The position numbers were made by a program, and so were the translations under genes. 64,000 nucleotides of DNA from an uncultured Bacteroidota bacterium (lineage in GTDB: Bacteria; Bacteroidota; Ignavibacteria; Kryptoniales; JAKASW01). Positions 10,307 to 19,018 of this stretch are shown here, in pieces. Under the pieces are notes generated by a model, which did no database searches, was not told the DNA's origin, and worked only from the letters and a program-made list of their open reading frames with translations. Positions within the stretch are counted from its first letter, which is position 1. The number at the start of each line of letters is the position of its first letter. The stretch covers positions 2,814,910 through 2,878,909 of the forward strand of contig OY969815.1 in the NCBI GenBank assembly GCA_963703365.1, in the 5' to 3' direction.

Positions 10307-11239
10307 ATGCCCGTCCATGAATTAAACAGGAAAATTTCCAACCAGCTTGACCTTTTTTTCGAGTTCATGAAATTCGAGAAAGGTTTATCCGACAACAGCC
10401 TGATTTCGTACCATAACGATCTAAACCGCTATGCGGGATTCGTGGAATCTCACGGACTTACAGGACTTAACGAGGCATCACGCTCGGATGTTAGAAATTA
10501 TTTCAAATCGCTCTTTGACTTGGGGTTGAAGCAGAGCAGCATCGCCAGGAATTTTTCTGCCGTAAAAAATCTCCACAAGTTTTTAGTGTTCAGGAAAATT
10601 TCGGAAATTGATCCGACTGCAAACCTCGATCGCCCGAAGCCGTCGAAAAGACTTCCGGTCGTCTTGAGCAAAGAGGAAATCGAGCGACTCATCGGGTCGC
10701 CCGATTTAAAAACAGAACTCGGCATCCGCGATCGCGCAATCATCGAAACACTTTACGCGACCGGCACGAGAGTGAGCGAGCTTGTTAATCTCAAAAAAAG
10801 AGATTTAATCAGAAGTGAGAATGTGATAAGAGTATTTGGAAAAGGTTCGAAGGAAAGAATTGTCCCGATTGGCGACATCGCGCTCGAATGGATTGAACGC
10901 TACGATTCATCTGTTCGTTCAAAGCTGGAAAAGGAAAAGTCTGGCGGAAATGATTTTCTGTTTTTGAATTTCAGAGGCAGCAGACTTTCCCGGATTTCCG
11001 TTTGGAGAATGTTGCAGAAATACGCGCGCGACGCCAACATAAAAAAACAAATTCACCCGCACACTTTGAGGCACACATTCGCAACGCATCTTTTAGAAGG
11101 CGGAGCGGACATTCGCGCGGTCCAGGAAATGTTGGGGCACAGCGACATCGGTACGACCCAGATCTATTTGCACTTAGACAGAAATTATTTGAAAGAAGTT
11201 ATAGACAGGTTTCATCCAAGAGGAAGATATGCTCAGTGA
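10307..11239 (+). CDS. xerD: Site-specific tyrosine recombinase XerD/XerC type
   Basis: 310 aa. Phage-integrase-fold catalytic residues are present (R...HPHTLRHTFATHLLEGGADIRAVQEMLGH...Y), with a SAM-like N-terminal domain. Confidence 0.8.
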   Translation: MPVHELNRKISNQLDLFFEFMKFEKGLSDNSLISYHNDLNRYAGFVESHGLTGLNEASRSDVRNYFKSLFDLGLKQSSIARNFSAVKNLHKFLVFRKISEIDPTANLDRPKPSKRLPVVLSKEEIERLIGSPDLKTELGIRDRAIIETLYATGTRVSELVNLKKRDLIRSENVIRVFGKGSKERIVPIGDIALEWIERYDSSVRSKLEKEKSGGNDFLFLNFRGSRLSRISVWRMLQKYARDANIKKQIHPHTLRHTFATHLLEGGADIRAVQEMLGHSDIGTTQIYLHLDRNYLKEVIDRFHPRGRYAQ

Positions 11240-11891
11240 ACTATACATTTTGCCGGTTTTACTTTTCTCGGTAATCATACATGAAATCTCTCACGGCTAT
11301 GCTGCCCTAAAGCTTGGCGATCCGACCGCACGCGACATGGGGCGGCTCACGCTCAATCCGATTCCGCATATAGACCTAATCGGATCAATAATAGTTCCGT
11401 TGTTCTCGCTTCTGACAGTCGGTCATATTTTTATCGCGTGGGCAAAACCTGTTCCGGTTAACCCAATGAACTTTTCGAATCGCCGGCGCGATGATGTTAT
11501 TGTTTCGTCGGTTGGTCCGATCTCGAACCTAATCATGGCGATTGTGTGTGCCACGATAACGATTCTACTTCTGAAAGTTCAACCGCTCATCGGGGACGCG
11601 GCGGCATCGTCAACGTTTTTTGTTTTTCTCTTAAAAATGTTTTCCGGTGGAATTTATCTTAATGTCGTACTCGGGGTTTTCAATCTCGTTCCGATTCCAC
11701 CGCTTGACGGCTCGCATGTGTTAGGTGCTTTTCTCCCTTCAGAAGCGGCGGCGGCGTATAGTAAAATCGGCTTTGCCGGAATTTTTCTTATTCTCATTTT
11801 GATGCGCATTCCGGCGTTTTTGGCTGCTTTCTATGCCGCGATCGATTTTTTTTATGCGCCGCTGTACCAGCTTGTGGTATCGTTTGCGTAA
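11229..11891 (+). CDS. Site-2 protease family (peptidase M50) membrane protein
   Basis: HEISH zinc motif near the N-terminus, multiple TM helices, and an LVPIPPLDG motif. Confidence 0.75.
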   Translation: MLSELYILPVLLFSVIIHEISHGYAALKLGDPTARDMGRLTLNPIPHIDLIGSIIVPLFSLLTVGHIFIAWAKPVPVNPMNFSNRRRDDVIVSSVGPISNLIMAIVCATITILLLKVQPLIGDAAASSTFFVFLLKMFSGGIYLNVVLGVFNLVPIPPLDGSHVLGAFLPSEAAAAYSKIGFAGIFLILILMRIPAFLAAFYAAIDFFYAPLYQLVVSFA

Positions 11892-12007
11892 AGCAAAGTG
11901 GGAACAAGCTTGCTTGAAATTTGGAGTTTGAGATTTGAAATTTTACTTATATGTGTTTACCGGAATTTTCTGGTTTTGATGCAAACTTCTGACTGCATAG
12001 GTACTAA

Positions 12008-13384
12008 ATGATCGTAATGAAATTCGGTGGAACATCCGTCGAGGATTCTGATGCAATTCGAAGAGTAATCGAAATTGTAAAATCGGAAATCTCGAGAAGA
12101 CCGATCGTCGTTGTTTCCGCTCGCGCCGGAGTTACGAACCAGCTTTTGAAAATCGCGACTCTGTCTGCTGAAGGAAAAAAAGATGAGGCGAACGATCTTA
12201 TCACCGCAATTCGGTCGAGACATGATAAACTTGTCGACGAGTTGATAAACTCCGAGCTCCCGAAAAATTATCTTAAGGGAAAAATTTCTGTTTATACGCA
12301 CGAGTTGAAAAATCTTTCGCAATCCATTTCGGTTCTTGGTGAAGTAACCAACCGTTCCCGCGACACAATTGCATCGTATGGCGAGCGGCTTTCGTCAATG
12401 ATAATCGCGCAGGCGATGGAAGAGCATTCGATCAAAGTAGCGCTCGTCGATGCACGCGAATACATGATCACAAACGACAGCTACACGAAAGCAACACCGA
12501 TTTTAAATCTCGTTCAAGAAAAAACCAAAAAGGTGCTTCTGCCTCTTGTGCAAGATGGCTACGTTGTCGTGACCCAAGGATTTATTGGAGCGACTGAAAA
12601 GGGAATTATGACGACAATCGGAAGAGGCGGTTCGGATTACTCCGCCGCGATAATCGGAGCACTTCTGGGCGTGTCGGAAATACAAATATGGACTGATGTC
12701 GACGGCGTACTCACCGCAGACCCGTCGATTATTCCCGAAGCGCGACGAATAAAAAAATTGTCGTTCAACGAAGCATCCGAGCTTGCCTACTTCGGTGCAA
12801 GAGTATTGCACCCGTTGACGATTCTCCCTGCAATCGAGAAAAATATTCCTGTCTATGTCAGAAACTCACGAAATCCGTCATATCACGGTACACTCATAAC
12901 TAGGAGCGATGAGCTTGAAGAATGTGTGGTGAAATCTATCGCCTACAAAGAGCGGATAACTCTACTGAACCTTGTTTCCAGCCGAATGTTCCTCGCTTCC
13001 AATTTTCTTGAAGCTGTCTTTGCTGTGTTCAATAAGCATAAGACAATCGCACACGCGGTGGCAACAAGCGAAGTGAGCATCTCGGTCGCAATCGATGACA
13101 CTACGAAGTTGGAAGATATGAAGAAAGAATTCTCGGAGTTTGCGGAAGTGTCGTCGTCCGGCGATAAAGCAATCGTTTGCGTCGTCGGCGACAATATCCG
13201 TCATAGTCCCGGAGTCGTCGGGAGAATTTTTTCCGCACTCGACGGAATACGAATCAACATGATATCACAAGGTGCATCGGAGATCAACATCGGTTTCGTG
13301 GTCGATGAGAAAGACATCGAACAGGCGGTCAAGCTCCTGCACGATGCACTTTTCAGCAGCCTGTCAGAGAAAATTTTTGATTGA
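12008..13384 (+). CDS. lysC: Aspartate kinase
   Basis: Motifs MKFGGTSV, GRGGSDYSA and C-terminal ACT domains are present. It is adjacent to lysA and asd. Confidence 0.9.
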   Translation: MIVMKFGGTSVEDSDAIRRVIEIVKSEISRRPIVVVSARAGVTNQLLKIATLSAEGKKDEANDLITAIRSRHDKLVDELINSELPKNYLKGKISVYTHELKNLSQSISVLGEVTNRSRDTIASYGERLSSMIIAQAMEEHSIKVALVDAREYMITNDSYTKATPILNLVQEKTKKVLLPLVQDGYVVVTQGFIGATEKGIMTTIGRGGSDYSAAIIGALLGVSEIQIWTDVDGVLTADPSIIPEARRIKKLSFNEASELAYFGARVLHPLTILPAIEKNIPVYVRNSRNPSYHGTLITRSDELEECVVKSIAYKERITLLNLVSSRMFLASNFLEAVFAVFNKHKTIAHAVATSEVSISVAIDDTTKLEDMKKEFSEFAEVSSSGDKAIVCVVGDNIRHSPGVVGRIFSALDGIRINMISQGASEINIGFVVDEKDIEQAVKLLHDALFSSLSEKIFD

Positions 13385-13457
13385 AAAATTCTAATGCTAC
13401 TGTTCTATTCACCTTTTAACTTAACTCAGCGTAGCCACGACCAAAAAGAATTTGAAT

Positions 13458-13533
13458 CGCAAAGATCGCCAAGATTCTCCAAGATTCTTTCATCAGTCAT
13501 AATTATCTTTGCGCACCTTTGCATTCTTGGCGG
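13458..13533. repeat. REP-like imperfect inverted repeat built from GCAAAGA/GCCAAGA units
   Basis: The left arm is cgcaaagatcgccaagattctccaagatt. The right arm atctttgcgcacctttgcattcttggcgg is its imperfect reverse complement. The arms include a perfect 9-bp pair, cgcaaagat and atctttgcg. A related unit (ggcgccaagaatcaaggaaaggcaagcc) occurs at about 43118-43146. Confidence 0.45.
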
Positions 13534-13588
13534 TTAAAAAAAACTTTGCTTTTATTTAACAAAATGTATTTCTAAGAGACTAAGACTA

Positions 13589-14881
13589 ATGACTAACCAA
13601 ATAGCTTATCGAAAATCTGGTGCGCGGGACAAGAAAAACCTGCTTTGCATTGAAGATATTCCGGCAGCCGACCTCGCGGAAAAATATGGCACGCCCCTTT
13701 ACGTCTATAGCAAAAACCAAATTACAAATAACATTACGCTTCTTCAGAAAGCTTTCGGTAAAATACCGAACGCGAAAATTCTTTATGCGCTGAAAGCAAA
13801 TTCAAACGTGGAAGTGCTGAAGCATATCAGTTCGCTTGGTGCGGGAGCAGACACGGTTTCCGCCGGAGAAATTTTTCTCGCATTGAAAGCCGGATTTCCT
13901 GCCGACTCGATCTCACTCGCCGGCGTCGGAAAAACGGAGAAAGATATCGACTTCGCGCTCACACGAAATATCGGCGTCATAATCGCCGAATCGAAGGAAG
14001 AGATCGAAGTCATTTCAAAGCGTGCATTCGCACTGAAGAGAAATGCCCGTGTAATGTTAAGAATAAATCCCGATGTCGATGCACGGACGCATCCGCATAT
14101 TTCAACAGGCTTGAAAGAAAACAAATTCGGCGTAAATATAGATTCCGCGGATGCCGTTATTAAGTTTGCGGCAAAGCGAAAGAATATACAGTTCATCGGA
14201 ATTCATTCCCATATTGGATCGCAGATCACAGGAGTCGAGCCGTTCGTGGAAGCTGCGGAGTCCATTCGCAATTTTGTTCTGAAACTAAAGAAAGACGGAA
14301 TCCGTATCAGGCAGATAGATCTGGGTGGTGGAATCGGCGTTCGGTACAGAAACGCGATCAAGAATGAATTTCTTCCGGTCGAGGAGCGCGAAGACTCTAC
14401 GATAGATCTTGCAGCATTCGCAAAACTTGTTGAAGATAAACTTTCGCAGCTCGGCTGCGAGGTCGCTATAGAGCCCGGCCGCTTCATTGTTGCGGAATCC
14501 GGTATTCTCTTAACGCGTGCTCTGTATAAGAAAAAATCTCACGACAAAACATTTGTGATCGTGGATGCGGGAATGAACGACATGATGCGTCACGCGTTGT
14601 ATTCTGCTTATCACCAGATAGTGACTGCGGAATTGATCGGAGAAAATTTCGAGACCGTGGATGTTGTTGGACCTGTTTGCGAATCGACGGACGCATTTGC
14701 CCTTTCGCGTGAACTTCCGGTGGTAAAGCGAGGCGATCTGCTTGCAATTCTGACCGTGGGTGCCTACGGATATTCACTTGCATCCAATTATAACTCGCGC
14801 CCTAAGCCGGCGGAAATTCTCGTCGAAAAAGACTACGCGCAGGTGATAAGGGACCGCCAGACTCTTGAAGATTTGGTTTAA
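13589..14881 (+). CDS. lysA: Diaminopimelate decarboxylase
   Basis: 430-aa PLP fold-III decarboxylase with motifs YALKAN, HSHIGSQ, GGGIG and CESTD. Confidence 0.9.
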   Translation: MTNQIAYRKSGARDKKNLLCIEDIPAADLAEKYGTPLYVYSKNQITNNITLLQKAFGKIPNAKILYALKANSNVEVLKHISSLGAGADTVSAGEIFLALKAGFPADSISLAGVGKTEKDIDFALTRNIGVIIAESKEEIEVISKRAFALKRNARVMLRINPDVDARTHPHISTGLKENKFGVNIDSADAVIKFAAKRKNIQFIGIHSHIGSQITGVEPFVEAAESIRNFVLKLKKDGIRIRQIDLGGGIGVRYRNAIKNEFLPVEEREDSTIDLAAFAKLVEDKLSQLGCEVAIEPGRFIVAESGILLTRALYKKKSHDKTFVIVDAGMNDMMRHALYSAYHQIVTAELIGENFETVDVVGPVCESTDAFALSRELPVVKRGDLLAILTVGAYGYSLASNYNSRPKPAEILVEKDYAQVIRDRQTLEDLV

Positions 14882-14986
14882 ACAAAAAGTTTTTGTTATT
14901 TAATATATGGTCGAAGAATATGACCATTTCGTGAAACACTAAATAATAAAGAATCGAATAGATAATTCGACAGTATAATTAATAAA

Positions 14987-15985
14987 ATGAAATTATATAA
15001 TGTGGCGGTTGTCGGTGCGACAGGACTCGTCGGGCGAAAGATGACACAAGTTCTCGAAGAGCATAATTTCCCGGTGAAGAATCTGACGCCGCTGGCATCG
15101 GAGAGATCGGTTGGAAAGGAAGTTTTATTCAAAGGCAAAAAAATAAAAGTACAGAAACTAACGCCGGAGAGTTTCAAAGGAATCGAAATCGCGCTTTTCT
15201 CCGCGGGCGCGACGGTCAGCAAAGAGTTTGCTCCGATTGCCGTGAAAGAGGGAACGGTTGTTATCGATAACAGCAGCGCCTGGAGAATGGATCCGAGCGT
15301 TCCACTTGTTGTTCCGGAAGTAAATCGCTATGATATTTTCAAGCATCACGGAATTATCGCGAACCCGAACTGTTCCACGATACAAATGGTTGTTGTGTTG
15401 AAGCCGCTCCATGATAAATATAAAATAAAACGCGTCGTGGTTTCGACTTACCAATCCGTGACCGGCGCTGGACAAAAAGGAGTCGACCAGCTTGATGAAG
15501 AGCTGGGAAAAAAAACAGGTACAACTCGGAAATTTCCTCACAAGATCGCATTCAACTGCCTTCCGCATATAGACGTGTTCCATGATGACGGTTATACGAA
15601 GGAAGAACACAAGATGACTTTCGAGACGACGAAGATTATGGGAGACGATTCAATAAAAGTGACGGCGACATGCGTTCGTGTGCCGGTATTCGGCGGGCAC
15701 AGCGAGAGCGTGAATGTGGAGATGCAGAAAAGTTATGAATTGGAAGATATTTTCGTGCTATTGAAGAAGTCGCCGGGAATAATTGTTGTAGATGATCCGG
15801 CGAAAAATATTTATCCGATGCCGCTGAACGCTTACGAGAAAGATGAAGTTTTCGTAGGTCGAATACGACGCGACGAGACAGCACCGAACGCGCTGAACAT
15901 GTGGATTGTCTCCGACAACGTCAGAAAAGGTGCCGCTACAAATGCGGTGCAAATCGCGGAAGAGCTCATAAAGGGTAGAGACTGA
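14987..15985 (+). CDS. asd: Aspartate-semialdehyde dehydrogenase
   Basis: Motifs VAVVGATGLVG and NPNCSTIQ (active-site Cys) are present. It is 332 aa, the short Gram-positive/archaeal-type form. Confidence 0.9.
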   Translation: MKLYNVAVVGATGLVGRKMTQVLEEHNFPVKNLTPLASERSVGKEVLFKGKKIKVQKLTPESFKGIEIALFSAGATVSKEFAPIAVKEGTVVIDNSSAWRMDPSVPLVVPEVNRYDIFKHHGIIANPNCSTIQMVVVLKPLHDKYKIKRVVVSTYQSVTGAGQKGVDQLDEELGKKTGTTRKFPHKIAFNCLPHIDVFHDDGYTKEEHKMTFETTKIMGDDSIKVTATCVRVPVFGGHSESVNVEMQKSYELEDIFVLLKKSPGIIVVDDPAKNIYPMPLNAYEKDEVFVGRIRRDETAPNALNMWIVSDNVRKGAATNAVQIAEELIKGRD

Positions 15986-16150
15986 AGGACTAAGTCCAAA
16001 GTTAAAACCTGATTCAAGCTACTTTTGAGTTTGAGATTATTTTTGGGCGTCGACTTTTAGTTTTTGAACTTATTTAGTTTCTACTGAAACTTTTTCGGTT
16101 GGAACTATTCTCTCCTTCCCAAGCTCCTGCTTTGGAAAGGGCAACATCTG

Positions 16151-16585
16151 TCACTGCAAAATCTTTGAAAAGAGAAAGGCGCGGTTCTCGAAGCCTGATT
16201 TCTCGTAGAACTTGTGAGCTTCTTTCCTATGAAATGCCGAATCCAACTCGATCCTGCGGCATCCTTTCTCTTTGGCAATGACTATGAGTTGATGTAAAAT
16301 CTGAGTACCGACACCATGGTGTCGATAGTTATTGTCCACAACGAGCTCATCGACGTGACAAATGTATCCTTCCTGCCAGAGATTATTCTTGATCGTAAGT
16401 GATCTGAACCCGACGACGTGTCCGTCCTCCACAGCACAAATATATTTTTGCGAATTTGAAAAGAGTGCTCTTTCAAAAACGGTGACGAGAGAATGGACAT
16501 CGATTGGCTTATCAGGCCAGAGTTGGCGTAACAGCTTTGCGACATCGTCAAAGTCTGCTTTATCACATTGACGTATTTCTACCAC
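16151..16585 (-). CDS. GNAT family N-acetyltransferase
   Basis: 144 aa with the acetyl-CoA binding motif (VDNNYRHHGVGTQIL) and a C-terminal FYEKSGF. Confidence 0.8.
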   Translation of the reverse strand: MVEIRQCDKADFDDVAKLLRQLWPDKPIDVHSLVTVFERALFSNSQKYICAVEDGHVVGFRSLTIKNNLWQEGYICHVDELVVDNNYRHHGVGTQILHQLIVIAKEKGCRRIELDSAFHRKEAHKFYEKSGFENRAFLFSKILQ

Positions 16586-16600
16586 AGGAGTTTCTAATTT

Positions 16601-16975
16601 TTATTTGTCCAGGTCGAGCTCGACTATCGGCACATCCCAGTGTGCTTTCAATATTTCGAACCGGCGTTGCTCTTCCTTCTTGTGCACTTCCTGATTTGGA
16701 TAAAGCTCGCCGGCGAGATCCGCTTCGCTGAATCCCTCATCAGTCGTTTGAATATTTTTCCAGAAGATGGTCACTCTGAAATCCCACCGGCTATCTTCCG
16801 TCGCATGAAATCGCGGCTTGGTTAGTGTTAGCTTGAGTATGTGTCCCATCTCCATACGTTTCTTGAGTACAGGATGGTGATTCTTCTTATACAACTGGAG
16901 GAATTCGTCGGCATGGCCCCACCGGGCTTTGTAGTAATACTCGACAATGTACGGTTTATCTTGAATTGCTGCCAT
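16601..16975 (-). CDS. Hypothetical small cytoplasmic protein (possibly NIPSNAP/ABM-like alpha+beta fold, tentative)
   Basis: Clean 124-aa ORF with no strong family recognition. Its 5' end and promoter are duplicated at 18769-18868. Confidence 0.45.
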   Translation of the reverse strand: MAAIQDKPYIVEYYYKARWGHADEFLQLYKKNHHPVLKKRMEMGHILKLTLTKPRFHATEDSRWDFRVTIFWKNIQTTDEGFSEADLAGELYPNQEVHKKEEQRRFEILKAHWDVPIVELDLDK

Positions 16976-17019
16976 GGTATTATCCTTTATTTTATCTTAA
17001 TCTCTTGTGGGCAACATTT
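16919..17019. repeat. Direct repeat copy A (5' 19 codons plus upstream region of the 124-aa gene)
   Basis: By hand alignment it matches 18769-18868 at roughly 80% identity (caccgggctttgtaGtaataCtcgacaAtgtaCgg...catgg...tcttaatctct.gtgg.caa). Confidence 0.7.
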
Positions 17020-17034
17020 CCTGCCCCGAGTGTT

Positions 17035-18081
17035 TTATGATTTGATTTCCTGCGCATTCGGCTTCATCTGGTACGACATTGCTTTAAGCCACATGATCCG
17101 CTTATCTATTGGAGGGTGAGTGGAAAACAATTCTGCGACAAATCCTTCCTTGGCATTCATCTTTCTTCCGAGAGGATCGACGATACACAAGTGAGCAGCT
17201 CCACTCTTTATAGATTCGTCAGGAACTGAAGCGGCGTCGAGCTTCTCAAGGGCATTCGCCAATGCCATAGGGTTTCGCGTCAACTCGGCGCCGGACGCGT
17301 CTGCATAATATTCTCGATTGCGAGAAACGGCCATTGCCAATATCTGGCTGATCAGCGGTGCAAGGATGACCCCGATAATCCATACGATGATCATAATCAA
17401 TGCAATTGCTCCGCCCGCGCTTCCACCTGAACTACGCGAGCGACGCCGGCCGCCTCCCCAGAACAATCCGCGCCTTGCCCAGGCGGACAGCAATAAGATT
17501 GCCCCGATCATTGCTGCAATCACCGTCATCAACCTGATGTCATAATTCCGGATGTGACTCATCTCGTGCGCGACGACTCCTTGAAGCTCCTCTCGATTCA
17601 GTGAATCAAGAAGCCCCTGCGTGACGGCGATTGAACTATTCTGCGGATCCTTGCCTGTCGCAAATGCATTCGGATCGGGGTCGGGCACAATATAAACCTG
17701 AGGCCGCGGCATTCCGGAGGCAATACTCATTTCTTCTACTACATCGAGAAGCTGTTTGTGTGCCGGATTGTTAGGGTCTGCAGGGAATGCATTGGTTGAA
17801 CTTAACACGGCCTTTGCGCCGCTTTGAAGACTCCACGTCGCGGAGAGCAACCCGAATCCGATGGCAATGAGAGTTCCGATAGGAAGGAACATATCCTGGT
17901 CCACTGTACCAAGATAGAATGCGTCGAAACCAAATCCGATGAACCCGAGGAACAAGATAAATACAATCATCACAGCAAGCGTCTCCCGCTTGTTGTGCGC
18001 TTGCTGTTCGTAAATATTTCTGCTGTCAATCAAGGTAATATCTCTGAGAGAAGATGAGGAATCCGGTCTTCTCATCTTCAA
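17035..18081 (-). CDS. htpX: M48 family zinc metalloprotease (HtpX-like)
   Basis: HEMSHIRNYD (HExxH) motif, 4 TM segments and a Gly/Arg/Ser-rich loop. It is paired with lemA upstream. Confidence 0.8.
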   Translation of the reverse strand: MKMRRPDSSSSLRDITLIDSRNIYEQQAHNKRETLAVMIVFILFLGFIGFGFDAFYLGTVDQDMFLPIGTLIAIGFGLLSATWSLQSGAKAVLSSTNAFPADPNNPAHKQLLDVVEEMSIASGMPRPQVYIVPDPDPNAFATGKDPQNSSIAVTQGLLDSLNREELQGVVAHEMSHIRNYDIRLMTVIAAMIGAILLLSAWARRGLFWGGGRRRSRSSGGSAGGAIALIMIIVWIIGVILAPLISQILAMAVSRNREYYADASGAELTRNPMALANALEKLDAASVPDESIKSGAAHLCIVDPLGRKMNAKEGFVAELFSTHPPIDKRIMWLKAMSYQMKPNAQEIKS

Positions 18082-18113
18082 CGTGAAAGTTGGGAGAGTT
18101 TCGGATCTCAGGC

Positions 18114-18680
18114 CTACTTCTTTAACGACAGATCGACGTTCGGTACCTCGCGCTCAGCCTCTGCTTTGATCTCGAAGAGTTCCGACGGAGTAAAATTGAA
18201 CATCGACGCAATGATGCTTCCGGGAAAAACCTGTTGTGCAATGTTGAACTTGGTAGCAATGTCGTTGTAGAATTGTCTGGCGAAGGAAATTTTATTCTCC
18301 GTGCTCGTCAATTCTTCCTGGAGCTGCTTCACGTTCTCGTTCGCTTTCAATGTCGGATAGTTCTCTACGAGTGCAAACAGCTTGTTCAACGCCCCCGAAA
18401 GAATGTCTTCTTTTCCAGCTGAGTCGACAACCCCCTTCGCAGAGATCGCAGCGTTCCGGGCCTGGATAACTTTCTGGAGTGTATCCTGTTCGAATTGCAT
18501 TTCTCCCTTGACTGTCTGTACCAGATTCGGAATCAAATCGTGTCTTCGTTTCAATTGAACATCAATCTGTTTCCAGCCGTTAGCGACCTGATTGCGGAGG
18601 GTGACGAGTCCGTTGTATTTCGCAATGACCCACGTTAGGATGAGAACCACCAGGATGATAAGAGCATAGACTATAAACAT
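18114..18680 (-). CDS. lemA: LemA family membrane protein
   Basis: 188 aa with an N-terminal TM helix and typical LemA sequence (YNGLV.LRN.V...W.QIDVQLKRRHDLIPNLV). Confidence 0.85.
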   Translation of the reverse strand: MFIVYALIILVVLILTWVIAKYNGLVTLRNQVANGWKQIDVQLKRRHDLIPNLVQTVKGEMQFEQDTLQKVIQARNAAISAKGVVDSAGKEDILSGALNKLFALVENYPTLKANENVKQLQEELTSTENKISFARQFYNDIATKFNIAQQVFPGSIIASMFNFTPSELFEIKAEAEREVPNVDLSLKK

Positions 18681-18765
18681 GTAAAGCCTCCTTTAGAAAA
18701 TATCTATACGTAAAGTAAGATTCATGAAATCTCGATTCAAGCTACGTGCAAAGTGAGTTGATGTT

Positions 18766-18825
18766 TCACCACCGGGCTTTGTAATAATATTCGACAGTGT
18801 ATGGCTTGTTTTGTTTCGTTGTCAT
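18766..18825 (-). pseudogene. 19-codon remnant (or uORF) paralogous to the N-terminus of the 16601..16975 gene
   Basis: Hand translation gives MTTKQNKPYTVEYYYKARW*, compared with MAAIQDKPYIVEYYYKARWGHADEF in the full gene. It lies 85 nt upstream of the lemA start. Confidence 0.5.
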
Positions 18826-18868
18826 GGCATTTCCCTTTTTTCTCTTAATCTCTGGTGGACAATTTTAT
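18769..18868. repeat. Direct repeat copy B (see 16919..17019)
   Basis: Same orientation as copy A. The two copies bracket lemA-htpX. Confidence 0.7.
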
Positions 18869-19018
18869 CTTTTGTTGAACTCTCTTTGTGAGATCCTGCT
18901 TCAAGTGGAGACTCTATCCGTGCCGTGGTTTTTACGCGGACCTTTTATAAAGTCCTATGTCGGGCGTGTAGGTCAGAACATCAAAGCAGCTTTTCATATA
19001 TAGTAACTGCTCACCAAT

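Noticed and set aside
10307-11239. Tyrosine recombinase as a marker of an integrated mobile element.
   Set aside because: The sequence and length fit chromosomal XerC/XerD. The neighbours are housekeeping genes, and there are no flanking repeats, phage genes or tRNA.
11892-12007. Possible lysine riboswitch upstream of lysC, and also in the lysC-lysA spacer 13385-13588.
   Set aside because: The spacers are too short or lack the conserved L-box core helices and GAGGCGC / GGGA-type elements. The second spacer is explained by a REP-like palindrome.
16009-16020. A shared 12-mer GATTCAAGCTAC (also at 18734-18745), a shared 14-mer GCCAGAGGCTGATG (1973 and 32574), and recurring ATCCCG...CGGGAT hairpins.
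   Set aside because: Matches of this length are expected by chance many times in a 64-kb window when both strands are considered. The flanks show no extended similarity.
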